A stretch of 63,481 nt of DNA, the filler included, from Octopus bimaculoides (Eukaryota), in assembly GCF_001194135.2 (NCBI RefSeq). It is 8 parts of 7 records of this genome, joined end to end, with 100 filler letters (N's around TTAATTAATTAA, not from the genome) between each part and the next. Parts side by side here need not be neighbours in the genome. Positions count along the whole stretch, not along the records: positions 1 to 26,952 come from NC_068995.1; positions 27,053 to 38,845 come from NC_068981.1; 6 more parts are not named here. The stretch is one strand, 5' to 3'. Position numbers and translations under genes: made by a program. The notes beneath the pieces were generated by a model. The model had not been told where the DNA came from. It worked only from the letters and a program-made list of their open reading frames with translations, and ran no database searches. Shown here one piece after another: positions 23,014 through 34,436 of this stretch (its first letter is position 1; each line of letters opens with the position of its first letter).

Positions 23014-23449
23014 NNNNNNNNNNNNNNNNNNNNNNNNNNNNNNNNNNNNNNNNNNNNNNNNNNNNNNNNNNNNNNNNNNNNNNNNNNNNNNNNNNNNNNN
23101 NNNNNNNNNNNNNNNNNNNNNNNNNNNNNNNNNNNNNNNNNNNNNNNNNNNNNNNNNNNNNNNNNNNNNNNNNNNNNNNNNNNNNNNNNNNNNNNNNNNN
23201 NNNNNNNNNNNNNNNNNNNNNNNNNNNNNNNNNNNNNNNNNNNNNNNNNNNNNNNNNNNNNNNNNNNNNNNNNNNNNNNNNNNNNNNNNNNNNNNNNNNN
23301 NNNNNNNNNNNNNNNNNNNNNNNNNNNNNNNNNNNNNNNNNNNNNNNNNNNNNNNNNNNNNNNNNNNNNNNNNNNNNNNNNNNNNNNNNNNNNNNNNNNN
23401 NNNNNNNNNNNNNNNNNNNNNNNNNNNNNNNNNNNNNNNNNNNNNNNNN

Positions 23450-23730
23450 TGAGTGGATTTGGTAGACGGAAACTGAAAGAAGCCCGTCGTATATATGTAT
23501 ATATATATATGTATGTGTGTATGTTTGTATGTGTGTGTTTGTCCCCCCAACATCGCTTGACAACCGATGCTGGTGTGTTTATGTCCCCGTAACTTAGCGG
23601 TTTGGCAAAATAGATCGATAGAATAAGTACTAGGCTTCTAAAGAATAAGTCCTGGGGTCGATTTGCTCGACTAAAAGGCGGTGCTCCAGCATGGCCACAG
23701 TCAAAAGACTGAAACAAGTAAAAGAGTAAA
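23450..23730 (+). mobile_element. SINE family A (5' end in gap)
   Basis: Close match to the other family A copies. Confidence 0.9.
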
Positions 23731-24151
23731 ATATATATATATATATATATATATAAAACGGGTAACTAATTTTTCTGTGCCTGTTATGGCTTGTGACACT
23801 TGTTCTGAGATGACTCACACCCAGCTGCATTATAATATGGTTCTAGACAGATGCCGGAATCATGGAAGAGTTATAAAAATAAAGAGTGATGGTGAGCGAC
23901 ATCCTATCAGGTCATCCCATAAGTTCTGTCCGAATTTTGAATAAAGAAAACAAGTGATCAAATTCATTCATCTTTCCTCTCCCTACTTCGCTCTGTCCAC
24001 ATTCAAGTATGTGTTATATTACTTATTCTTACTTATTCGCTTTCAACCCCATGTGCTAAATTTTACGTCTTCGTTGTGAGAAAGTTTATGCATAAATTCA
24101 TTTAAAATTTATTGACTGAAATGCATTGATTATAATAATTCTGTTTTTCAG

Positions 24152-24221
24152 CATTATGGTATAATCTATCTATACTTTTTCTCAGATCCAATGATACACA
24201 TTCAGACATAAGGTTCCTCAA
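24152..24221 (+). CDS. Candidate small exon, possible SRCR gene continuation
   Basis: tttttcag| ... AA|gtatgt; open phase 1 to 2 reading ALWYNLSILFLRSNDTHSDIRFLK; alternative acceptor before 24186. No domain homology. Confidence 0.25.
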
Positions 24222-24430
24222 GTATGTTTCTTTGTTTAGACCATACTAGTAGTATCAGCAATGTAGTAGAGTGCTAGCTGTGACAATACCTACCGAATGC
24301 AATAACAGCATAACTTGTGATATCCTGAAATTTTCGTTAATATTTCACTAATTCGGTATTTTCCAATCTTACATATTACAGTATTTCTTCAATGGAGAAG
24401 TAATAATCTAAAGAAATAAAAGACAACGTT

Positions 24431-24780
24431 ATGTGTGTGAAACAAAAGCTACAACTGATAAGAAAGTTAGAGGCTGCTACAGCGGTGGCGAATATTTATT
24501 GGGAGTATAGTGCTAAAATGTAAATAATTTCCAACATACACGAAGCTAAGGACAAGCTCATTGAATTTTCTTTCAAAAATCACATTGATGCCATTTCTAA
24601 ATCATCATTTGTTGCTGCTAGAAATCGTATGACAGTTCAAGAAGATACATATGTTGATGAGAGTGTGGCGAAATGGTTTATCCGTCAACAATTCTGTGGT
24701 AACAAGTCAAGAGTGTAACAATTCAAAATGCGACTGCTAATCTGGCTAAGCATAAAAACATCAAGAATGCCCACTCTATA
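24431..24780 (+). mobile_element. pogo/Tigger-like transposase N-terminal remnant
   Basis: VKQKLQLIRKLEA...AKDKL...RNRM...YVDESVAKWFIRQQ (CENP-B-type HTH pair) with stop codons. Confidence 0.65.
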
Positions 24781-24851
24781 GGAGCAAATCACGGAACACC
24801 ATTGAAAGGATTAAGAAGAAAATAGGGAAGGCCAACTCATGGNNNNNNNNN

Positions 24852-25126
24852 NTAACAAGACAACGACGTATGTAGGTGAAACAGCACGGAGCATAGGGGA
24901 GCTGGCAAATGAAAATTGGCGGGAACTTAAGAAAGGGAAGAGCTCATCAGTTCTGTACCAGCACGCTGAGCAAGAACACGGAGGCTCACTCAACAACATA
25001 GAAATTAAATTCTTATCCACACATAGCAGAGACGCAGCACTTAGACAAATTACAGAAGCTACACACATAATAGAAGATAAACCTAGCCTGAATAGGAAAC
25101 TGGAATGGAACACTAACACACACCCC
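24852..25126 (+). mobile_element. Penelope GIY-YIG fragment
   Basis: YVGETARSI...SSVLYQH...LRQITEATHIIEDKPSLNRKLEW. Confidence 0.8.
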
Positions 25127-25853
25127 TAACAAACCACAACATATGAACAAAATATAATACAATACAATATAATACAATACAATACATAGATAAACAAATG
25201 GAATTAAATACTACATACGTTAACAAAATTAAATTAAATACATAAAAAAAGAGTAGGTATAAACACATGAACAAATAAATAAATAAAAACAAAAATAAAC
25301 GAACATGTATTAACAGAGGATATAGATAATACAGGCACTCCCCATACACACACATGCACTTACAAAAACATAGACACATTGAAGGATACGCATGAGTAGA
25401 CACATACAATAGGAATACAAAATACCCCCAACAGNNNNNNNNNNNNNNNNNNNNNNNNNNNNNNNNNNNNNNNNNNNNNNNNNNNNNNNNNNNNNNNNNN
25501 NNNNNNNNNNNNNNNNNNNNNNNNNNNNNNNNNNNNNNNNNNNNNNNNNNNNNNNNNNNNNNNNNNNNNNNNNNNNNNNNNNNNNNNNNNNNNNNNNNNN
25601 NNNNNNNNNNNNNNNNNNNNNNNNNNNNNNNNNNNNNNNNNNNNNNNNNNNNNNNNNNNNNNNNNNNNNNNNNNNNNNNNNNNNNNNNNNNNNNNNNNNN
25701 NNNNNNNNNNNNNNNNNNNNNNNNNNNNNNNNNNNNNNNNNNNNNNNNNNNNNNNNNNNNNNNNNNNNNNNNNNNNNNNNNNNNNNNNNNNNNNNNNNNN
25801 NNNNNNNNNNNNNNNNNNNNNNNNNNNNNNNNNNNNNNNNNNNNNTATATATA

Positions 25854-26680
25854 CGGGAGGGTACCCAAAAGAAACCGTATTTCATTCAGTTAGTTTTACA
25901 CGTTTACACTTTTATCGCCTTCAGAGTGTTCTCCATTTCAAGCAATGCATTGGTCCGGGCGCGCTTTCCACTGTTCGAAGCAGTGCTGGAACTCTTTTCA
26001 AACGCCTCCATCGTTTTTTTTTTCTTCACCTCTTCTACATCTGAAAATTCCGTAGTACCATCTTTCGTCACCATTGATGACCTTCGAAAAGAAGTCCAGA
26101 TCAACTTTCAACTGTTCTTTCAGTTCACGACACACATTCGGTTGTGACTGCTTTTGATCTTCCATGAGATAGCAAGGCACAAATTTTGCTGCATCTGTTT
26201 TCATTTGCAATTCCTCGCTCAAAATTTGTCGGCCGGAGCTCCAGGACACACCACTCACATTAACAATTTCGTCAATTTTTCGGCGACGGTCCTCCAAGAT
26301 CAGCTCGTGAATTTTCGTGATTTTTTCATTCATTCGGGAGGTCGACGGTCGTCTTGAGTGAGGTTAGTCTTCAGGCGACAAGAGACCATTTTTAAAGCGT
26401 GGAAACCACTTGCAAACTTGTGTTTTGCTCATTGCAACGCCCTCGTAAGCAGTTTGAACATGACAACTGTTTTCCTCGGCAAAAACAGAATTTCACGGAA
26501 GCACGCTGTTCCTTCATTTCAATCATCGCAAAAATCAATGAACAGAGGAGAAGCAATACAAAACAAAGATGTCCCCCGTAGAAGTACGTTCCACACGACA
26601 ACGGACTGATGCCTGAGGGTCGCATCAAGTGGCTTCTAGCGGCGGAAGAGAACATTTCGGTTATTCTTGAGCACTCCTCG
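25854..26680 (-). mobile_element. Internally deleted mariner element
   Basis: EQRASVKFCF, ELILEDRRRKIDEI, AAKFVP and VINGDERW motifs; imperfect TIRs (TACGAGG-type) flanked by TA. Confidence 0.85.
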
Positions 26681-26881
26681 TATATATATATATGTGTGTA
26701 TATATATATATATATATCCATACAGATATAGATAGTTATTATTTACATTATTTACATTTGACGGATATTTATCTTCATATTGTTTGTTGTTAACACAACG
26801 TTTCGGCTGATATACTCTCCAGCCTGGGGAGATTTCGAACCTGAGTTCTCATTCCTAAAGTATTTTTCGATGTTGTTGTTG

Positions 26882-26952
<71 letters not shown>

Positions 26953-26996
26953 NNNNNNNNNNNNNNNNNNNNNNNNNNNNNNNNNNNNNNNNNNNN

Positions 26997-27008
26997 TTAA
27001 TTAATTAA
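26997..27008. other. Assembly linker artefact TTAATTAATTAA between N runs
   Basis: The same 12-mer flanked by N blocks recurs at about 38890, 46140, 53021, 56615, 58756 and 61233. Confidence 0.9.
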
Positions 27009-27397
27009 NNNNNNNNNNNNNNNNNNNNNNNNNNNNNNNNNNNNNNNNNNNNATATATATATATATATATATACAGTGTACATTTAAACACATAGGACAC
27101 CTAGCATGCTAAGGAGTAACCAAAATCCAAATCACTATTAGGGATAAATTTCGAAGGGAATGAAAAATAAAAACATTTACCATCTATCTCCTTGACCATG
27201 GTTTCGAGCTCTAAATTAGCAAATAAAATAATTTGTTAGGCGGCGCTTTCTTCAGCAGGTACGCCAAGATTAACATATAAATACGAGGCAATACAGCATA
27301 TGCCTCGTGCTTATATATTATAATTTTTCAAATCCACCGCGCAAGTTTTTTGTCGGCAGCAAATAATGCCAGCATTTCTTCGAAAATTTTCCAAAAA

Positions 27398-27639
27398 TTA
27401 TCAATAATTAATAAATATCAGGGTAAGAAAAAATTTTAAAAATTTTTTACTACCAGTGTTCTAGCATGTAGAAAACTAGTCAACAGACTATATATTATTC
27501 ATATAATACCAATAATATAATATATATACTTATATGAATAATATATAGTCTGTTGACTAGTTTTCTACATGCAAGGCCACTGGTAGTAAAAATTTCTAAA
27601 AAAATTTTTCTTACCCTGATACTTATTAATTATTGATAA
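27398..27639. repeat. Near-perfect palindrome, ~109-bp arms
   Basis: 27398-27506 versus 27530-27639, with few mismatches. Confidence 0.95.
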
Positions 27640-27711
27640 CACTGGGGTCGATATAAGCGACTAGTCCCCACCCAACAAATTTGAGGCATCGTGCCTCTAG
27701 TAGGAAAGATA

Positions 27712-27790
27712 GCCAGAGGGGAAACTAATCGTATTCCTTGAAGAAAACAACTTGCTGAGTGATACCCAGCATGGCTTTCGACCCGGTAGG
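27712..27790 (+). mobile_element. CR1 RT fragment
   Basis: LEENNLLSDTQHGFRPGR; near-identical to 31438-31515. Confidence 0.8.
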
Positions 27791-27924
27791 GTACTTAATT
27801 TATCGACCCCGAAGGATGAAAGGCAAAGTCGACTTTGGCGGAATTTTAGCTCAGACTTAGAGACGGGCAAAATGCCGCTAAGCATTTCGTCCGGCGCGCT
27901 AACGATTCTGCCAGCTCACCGCCT
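27791..27924 (-). mobile_element. SINE family B 5' half
   Basis: Close match. Confidence 0.85.
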
Positions 27925-28304
27925 TTCCCTCTGACTCGCCGTTCCATGACTTTGCTGATGTGTGAAGTCAGAGAGATAGGCCTATAGTTTTTGGCATCTG
28001 CCCTGCTTCCTCTTTTATGCTAAATTAAAAGCATAATCATATAAATGTGACAGTTTAAAATTCTTTGAAAATGTATTTTATTTTCTGTACAATTCTATTA
28101 AATATGTATACTAACATGGCGGCATTTCGTCTGTCCTTTTTTTTTCTGAGTTGAAACTCTGCTGAGGTAGATTTTGCCTTTCATGCTTTCGGGGTCAATA
28201 AAATAAGTACTAGTTGACCACTAGGGTCGATGTAGTCGATTTATCCCACTCTGAAAACTTTGATGGCCTTGTTCCAAAGCTTGGAGCGTATACGTTATAT
28301 CTTG

Positions 28305-28518
28305 TTAAGGCGGTTAGTTTGAAGAATCGTCGGCATACTGAGCAAAATGGTTACCGGTATGTTAACCGTCTTTACGTTCTGAATTCAAGTTCCGCGAGGT
28401 CGACTTTGCCTCTCATCTTTTTCGGGCTCGATAAAATGAGTACCAGTTGAGCACTGGTGTTGTTACAATCGGCATGCCCCTCCCCTAAAATTGCTAGCCT
28501 TGTGCCAAAATTTGAAAC
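28305..28518 (+). mobile_element. SINE family B (diverged; second copy at about 28100-28290)
   Basis: gaattcaagttccgcgaggtcgactttgcc core. Confidence 0.7.
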
Positions 28519-29289
28519 CCATAAATTATATTTTATTTTTTTAAATTCCTATGTGCAAGTCTTTTTGTATCTGATTTTCGTTGTGATTAAGTGTGCTTTT
28601 AGGTGTCTGCATGCATTTTTAAAGTGGGTATTAAATTATTTATTTCTGTGAGCTTTTAGACAACATAATTGTATATTAAATAGCATAATGACTTAAAATT
28701 TGAGCTCAAAGTTCCGTAAGAAAGGCATTTTATGATCTGTTCTATATAATTCTCATTCATAATTGCCGATATATAAAATAATGGTCATTATATATCACTG
28801 TATACTAAAATACAATAAAATCTAAGAACAAAAGGATATTAATCTATGTTAAATATTATGTTTTTTTCGTTCCTTACATGAAATTAGCTCACAAAAAATC
28901 ATGTATCACTTAAACATAACCGCAAATAAATATATGCATGTCCATCTAGCTGGGTATGCTATATATTCCTATTTGATGTATACAGGTACAAAATATTGCA
29001 GTTTGTGTTAATGCATGTATCTGAATATATTAAAGCGTGTTAATATGTTATATAATATTTAGGTTTTATCAGTAACGTGTATACAGAAACAATATTTAAA
29101 TAAATATATCTGATATTCTGTATATGTTTTAATGGTCATGTATGCATACTCAGGTATAAAATGCAGCTAACGAGAGCCTTTAATATGCAATGTCGCATAA
29201 TCAAATTTCAACATTTGCATATCGCATCAGTTGCCCAAAAAATTACATATGTGCATACAGAATCAAATATCTTATTCCATATATATCCA

Positions 29290-29338
<49 letters not shown>

Positions 29339-29378
29339 GTCTGTCTGTCTGTCTGTCTGTATGTGTATATATATATAT

Positions 29379-29531
29379 AGACGCAGGAGTGGCTGTGTGG
29401 TAATTACCACATGGATCCGGGTTCAGTCCCACTGCGTGGCACCTTGGGCAAGTGTCTTCTACTATAGCCTCGGGCCGACCAAAGCCTTGGGAGTGGATTT
29501 GGTAGACAGAATCTGAAAGAAGCCCGTCGTA
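29379..29531 (+). mobile_element. SINE family A head/body
   Basis: Matches the family A 5' half. Confidence 0.85.
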
Positions 29532-29605
29532 TATATGTATACACATATAATATTAGGGACAAAATCCAAAATTACAGGTAAAAAAACCATATATATATGT
29601 ATGTA

Positions 29606-29638
<33 letters not shown>

Positions 29639-29696
29639 NNNNNNNNNNTATATATATAAAAGAATGTATATTATAATAAAAGGTAAAAATCATTAA

Positions 29697-30352
29697 TGAT
29701 TATAACAAGGGATTGGCTATAAGCCTCTCCACACGCTAGAAATAGACGCCAAAAGACGCTAGTACCACCTTAAGAACTCCAAAAAATAAAGCATGGGCTG
29801 TGTAATATATCAAAATAACTCTGCAGTGAATGTTGCTTTGACTAAGAAGTAAATTTTTCAAATATTAATTATAACAAAGGGTAAAAACCATTAACGATTT
29901 TATCAAGAGGTTAGCGCGGAAAACAAAAAAAAGCCTTATAAGTGAATTTTACAAATATCATAATAATTATATACCTAATTACAACAAAGGGTTGGCTAGA
30001 AGCCTCTCCACGTGGCTGAAAAGAAAGATAAGAATTCTACTTTACTGCATATTTTTACGAGTGTGTACATATATTGCTGTACGAAATCGTTGCTCATGTA
30101 CGCATGTGTAGACACTCGTGAATTTATGCTATGGAATAAAGTTGCTGAAGATAACAGTAGGAATATTATTTTTTTTTACCTTAAGTTTGAAACGGGATCT
30201 TGTACACGTTTAGCTAAAAGTTTAATTCAATATCTTTCTTTTGCTCGACTACAGCCCGTGTTTTATTGTTTGGAGTTTTTAAGGTGGTATTAGCGTCTTT
30301 TGGCGTCATTTCTAGCGTGTTGAGAGACTTATAGCGAATCCCTTGTTATAAT
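29697..30352. repeat. Inverted repeat, ~102-bp arms, plus partial direct repeats
   Basis: 29697-29800 versus 30250-30352. Confidence 0.9.
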
Positions 30353-30402
30353 TATGTATATAATTATTATAATATAAGAATATATATATATATATATATG
30401 AT

Positions 30403-30607
30403 CGTAAGATTGTGGTTTCGATTCCTAGACCGGGCGACGCGTTGTGTTCTTGAGCAAAACACTTCATTTCACGTTGCTCCAGTCCACTCAGCTGGCAAAA
30501 ATGAGTAACACTGCGATGGACTGGCGTCCTGTCCAGCTGGTGAACACATACGCCATTGAAACCGGGAAACCGGGCCCATGAGCCTGGCTATGCTTTAAAA
30601 GGGCCCA
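30403..30607 (+). mobile_element. SINE family C variant
   Basis: B box and gggcccatgagcctggcta tail shared with 40634-40936. Confidence 0.8.
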
Positions 30608-30719
30608 TTTATTTATTATATATATATATATATTAATATTTCTAAGTCTCTCTAAAGGAAACTACGGCAGCGGTACTGGAAATTAATAGTTATCGCCAAG
30701 CCAATATGGCAGTCCAAAA

Positions 30720-30755
<36 letters not shown>

Positions 30756-30821
30756 ATATATATATGTATATATGAGAAAAATATAACACAAAAATAGAAG
30801 ATATCATGCCTTAATAGATCA

Positions 30822-30918
30822 CAACATTTGTTTCTGTACTGCACACCGGCTTTAAGTTGCTGAGCTGAGACTTAAATCAGCAACTTAAAGCTGTTGTGCG
30901 GTGCAGAAACGTATGTTG
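30822..30918. repeat. Hairpin, ~42-bp arms, 13-nt loop
   Basis: Contains a perfect 15-bp stem GCTTTAAGTTGCTGA/TCAGCAACTTAAAGC. Confidence 0.9.
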
Positions 30919-31084
30919 CGGTCTACTATTTAAGCCTGATATCCTCAGTCCTCTTGTTATATTATTCTTATATTAATCTTATGCATAGAGGTGTTTCACA
31001 TGCACAGCCAGTCCTGGAAAATATCTTACTATACAATAACATGTAATAACCAAATAACGACATAAGCGCACTTAAATGCACCTG

Positions 31085-31215
31085 CTGGAGTTTCGTGGAG
31101 ACTTAGGTGTTTTTCGCTCAATAAACACACACAACGCCAGGTCTGGGAATCGAAAAACTGCGATCCTCCGACCGTGTGTCGGCTGTCCTAACCACTGGGC
31201 CATTGCGCCTCCACT
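31085..31215 (-). mobile_element. SINE family C head
   Basis: Reverse complement of the family C head. Confidence 0.8.
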
Positions 31216-31437
31216 AAATGCACCTTAAGAGGTTTTTAAGCCGAATTATGCTAAATATATAAATATATATAAAGGTGCAGGAGTGGTTGTGTAGTAAGAA
31301 GCTTGGTTCCCAACCACATGGCTCCGGGTTCACTCCCACTGCGTCGATAAATTAAGTACCAGTGAAACACTGGAGTCGATATAATCGACAAGTCCCCACC
31401 CCAAAAATGTGAGGCCTTGTGCCTCCAGTAGGAAAGA

Positions 31438-31662
31438 TAGTCAGAGGGAAACTAATCGTATTCTTTGAAGAAAACAACTTGCTGAGTGATACCCAGCATG
31501 GCTTTCGACCAGGTAGGAGCTGCCTGACCCGGCTCTTACAGCACTATAACTGGGTATTGAGGCAGTTACTCAACACTCAAATGTGGACGTAATATACCAT
31601 GACTTTGCTAAAGCTCTTGATAAAGTGGATCATGGTATGATATGCCACAAACTGAATGATCT
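31438..31662 (+). mobile_element. CR1 RT fragment
   Basis: QHGFRPGRSCLTRL...DFAKALDKVDHG. Confidence 0.85.
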
Positions 31663-31701
31663 TGGGAAAGTGTCTTCTACTTTAGCCTCAGGCCGACCAA
31701 A

Positions 31702-32801
31702 CAGTTCCGCAACCATAGGATGAATTTGATCAGATAAAATGCTAGCCTTGACTATTGATTCTGCTATAAATGAAAACCATTGGGCCGGCGGATTTCCAAG
31801 ATATAGCTCCACCCCCGATCAAATCAGATCCTCCTCCTTGTTTAACAGTTGGAAAAGGGCAATCTGGATCAAATGCTTCTTTTGGCTGTCTCCAGTATAC
31901 GTATACTCAGCTGGTGGTCGGAAATAAGGTAAAGGATGACTCGTTCAAGAAAATAACGTTCTTCCACTGCTCTAGGGACCAATTCTGAAGGTTTTTACTC
32001 CACTCTAAAAGCTTTGCAACATTTGTTTTTGAAAGTACTGGTTTTCTGATTGCAGTCCTCCTGTGAAATCCAGCTTTGTGCAACTCCCAGTGAACAGTTT
32101 TTGTGGAAACTAGATTCTCGTTATGGTCATTAAGCTCTGCAGTAATTTTGGGAGCTGTACTTTTGTGATCCTTTCTAACAATTCACGTATGAGTCCGACA
32201 GTCCCTATCTGAAAATTTTGGTTTTCTTCCAGAGTTTTATTTCGACGAAGAGGTTTTTCCCTCTTTATCAAAGGCTGTCATTACTTTTGAGACAGTACTT
32301 CTTATTTCTTTATTGCCCACAAGGGGCTAAACATAGAGGGGACAAACAAGGACAGACAGAGGGATTAAGTCGATTACATCGACCCCAGTGCGCAACTGGT
32401 ACTTAATTTATCGACCCCAAAAGGATGAAAGGCAAAGTCGACCTCAGCGGAATTTGAACTCAAAACGTAAAGACAGACGAAATGCCGATAAGCATTTCGC
32501 CCGGGGTGCTAACGTTTCTGCCAAACATTTCGGCTGTTTTCGTTACGCTAGCGCCTGCCATACGAGCAGCAGCAATTTGACCTCTTTGAAAGTCCAATAG
32601 ATCTGCCATTTTAATGAATGTTAATTACCTTTTTCTGATGGTATCTGAAAAGAAACTGCAATTTTAGCAAAACATATTAAGCAACACTAATAATATATTA
32701 AAAAAAACCATAAAAATAAACAAGCTTTTGACGGTTTTGTAGATATCTCAAAATTATGATGCTACGACGCTAGATGTTTCCATTATTTTGTCCAACCCCT
32801 G
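31702..32801 (-). mobile_element. Tc1 element, one end truncated, with a SINE inserted
   Basis: TIR CAGGGGTTGGACAAAATAATGGAAAC ending at 32801 next to TA; STAPKITAELN, WKNVIF.NES and PTVKQGGGS motifs. Confidence 0.85.
32295..32525 (-). mobile_element. SINE family B inserted in the Tc1 element
   Basis: Little-decayed copy. Confidence 0.85.
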
Positions 32802-33032
32802 TATATATTTATATATGGATATAAGTATATAAGCAATCACGTGCAAGTCAAACCTTACTAATAAATAAATATAACATCGATATTGAAAATTATGAAGATA
32901 TATTGTAGGATTATGAGGTTTCTTAATGGAATAAAAAATAATACCTTGGTTATCTTCATGTGGGTATTAAATAAGTTAAGAGGATTTCTTTATTGTTTAC
33001 GAAACTAAGATTTGTGGTTTATATTATTTTAG

Positions 33033-33060
33033 GTTTCATGTGTTTGGTGTGCACAAGGAG
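33033..33060 (+). CDS. Candidate 28-nt micro-exon
   Basis: Strong acceptor tatattattttag| and strong donor GAG|gtaaga; open in all frames (phase 2 to 0 gives FHVFGVHKE). Confidence 0.4.
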
Positions 33061-33144
33061 GTAAGATTTCAAATCGTTAATTAAGGGATTTCAAAGCTTT
33101 AATTTAGAGAATGAAGCTTATGTTTCCTCTATATCTTTTCGTTA

Positions 33145-33548
33145 TAGTTTCTTTTACTTGTTTCAGCTGTCATTCGACTGCGGCCATGCCGTGGCACCGC
33201 CTTGAAGAATTTCACACAAACGAATCGACACCTGATAAGTATATTTTAAAGGCAGGTACTTATTCTATCCGTGATTTTTGTCGAACCGCCAAGTTACGGT
33301 TAACATAAAGTCACCAGCGCTGGTTTTCAAGCGGTGGTGGAGAGAGACAGATACAAACACACGTACGCACGCGCGCGCGCACACACACACACGCACACAC
33401 AGAGGCTTCTTTCAGTTTTCGTCAACTAAATCCACTCACAATGCTTTGGTCGGCCCGAGGCTATAGTAGAAGGTGTCACGCAGTGAGACTGAACTCGGAA
33501 CCATGTGGTTTGTAAGTAAGCTACTTATCACAAGCCACTCCTGTGCCT
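33145..33548 (-). mobile_element. SINE family A
   Basis: Full head-microsatellite-tail architecture. Confidence 0.85.
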
Positions 33549-33610
33549 ATTCCTTAGAATCTTGTTACGTATTAATCCCAGTCCCATTTGTCATCGTCTA
33601 CTGCAAATAT

Positions 33611-33992
33611 TAGTGGAGGCGCAATGGCCCAGTGGTTAGGGCAGCGGACTCGCGGTCATAGGATCGCGGTTTCGATTCCCAGACCAGGCGTTGTGACTGT
33701 TAATTGAGCGAAAACACCTAAAGCTCCACCAGGCTCCGGCAGGGGATGGTGGCGGACCCTGCTGTACTCTTCCACCACAACTCTCGCTCTTACTTCCTGT
33801 TTCTGTTGTACCTGTAATTCAAAGGGTCAGCCTTGTCACACTCTGTGTCACGCTGAATATCCCCGAGAACTACGTTAAGGGTACACGTGTCTGTGGAGTG
33901 CTCAGCCACTTACAGGTTAATTTCACGAGCAGGCCGTTCCGTTGATCGGATCAACTGGAACTTTCGACGTCGTAAGCGACGGAGTGCCAACA
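33611..33992 (+). mobile_element. SINE family C (tRNA-derived), full length with TSD
   Basis: A box TGGCCCAGTGG and B box GGTTTCGATTCC; 11-bp TSD ACTGCAAATAT at 33600-33610 and 33993-34003; (CAA) tail. Confidence 0.92.
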
Positions 33993-34092
33993 ACTGCAAA
34001 TATCATCGATACATATACATAGCTATTCACAGATAGGAGAGTTTTGATACTGGTACCCAGCCTTCGAGAAATGTCAATTAAGTCGCTTTCAG

Positions 34093-34177
34093 ATCAGCAA
34101 AGAGACACATCATAATGATGAAAACAGAAACTTGAATAGGAACGTAGTTTATGAAGAAGTCACCGAAGTGTACAAAT
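34093..34177 (+). CDS. Candidate exon with a tyrosine motif
   Basis: ctttcag| ... T|gtatgt; phase 0 to 1 reading ISKETHHNDENRNLNRNVVYEEVTEVYK. Confidence 0.4.
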
Positions 34178-34267
34178 GTATGTACTGAGTCAGTAGAATA
34201 TGAAAAATATGCTTTCAAGGTAGACATTTTTAGCTGAACAATTTTGGTTTCAAATTTTTGCACAATT

Positions 34268-34436
34268 CCAGTACTCTCGGTCTTCCAATGCTCAATTGGA
34301 ACTTATCTTATTAGTCCTCGGGAGGACGAAAGACAAAGTCGACACTGGTAGCATTTGAACTCAGAAAGTGAAGACGGATGGGATAACGCTGAACATTTTG
34401 CTCAGCGTTTCTAACGACTCTGCTAGCTCGCTGCTT
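34268..34436 (-). mobile_element. SINE family B (diverged)
   Basis: Partial match. Confidence 0.7.

Noticed and set aside
26997-27008. Recurrent TTAATTAATTAA motif
   Set aside because: Always flanked by N blocks, so it is an assembly linker rather than biology.
33615-33690. tRNA-like sequence with A and B boxes
   Set aside because: It is the head of SINE family C and has no complete cloverleaf; no true tRNA gene was found.
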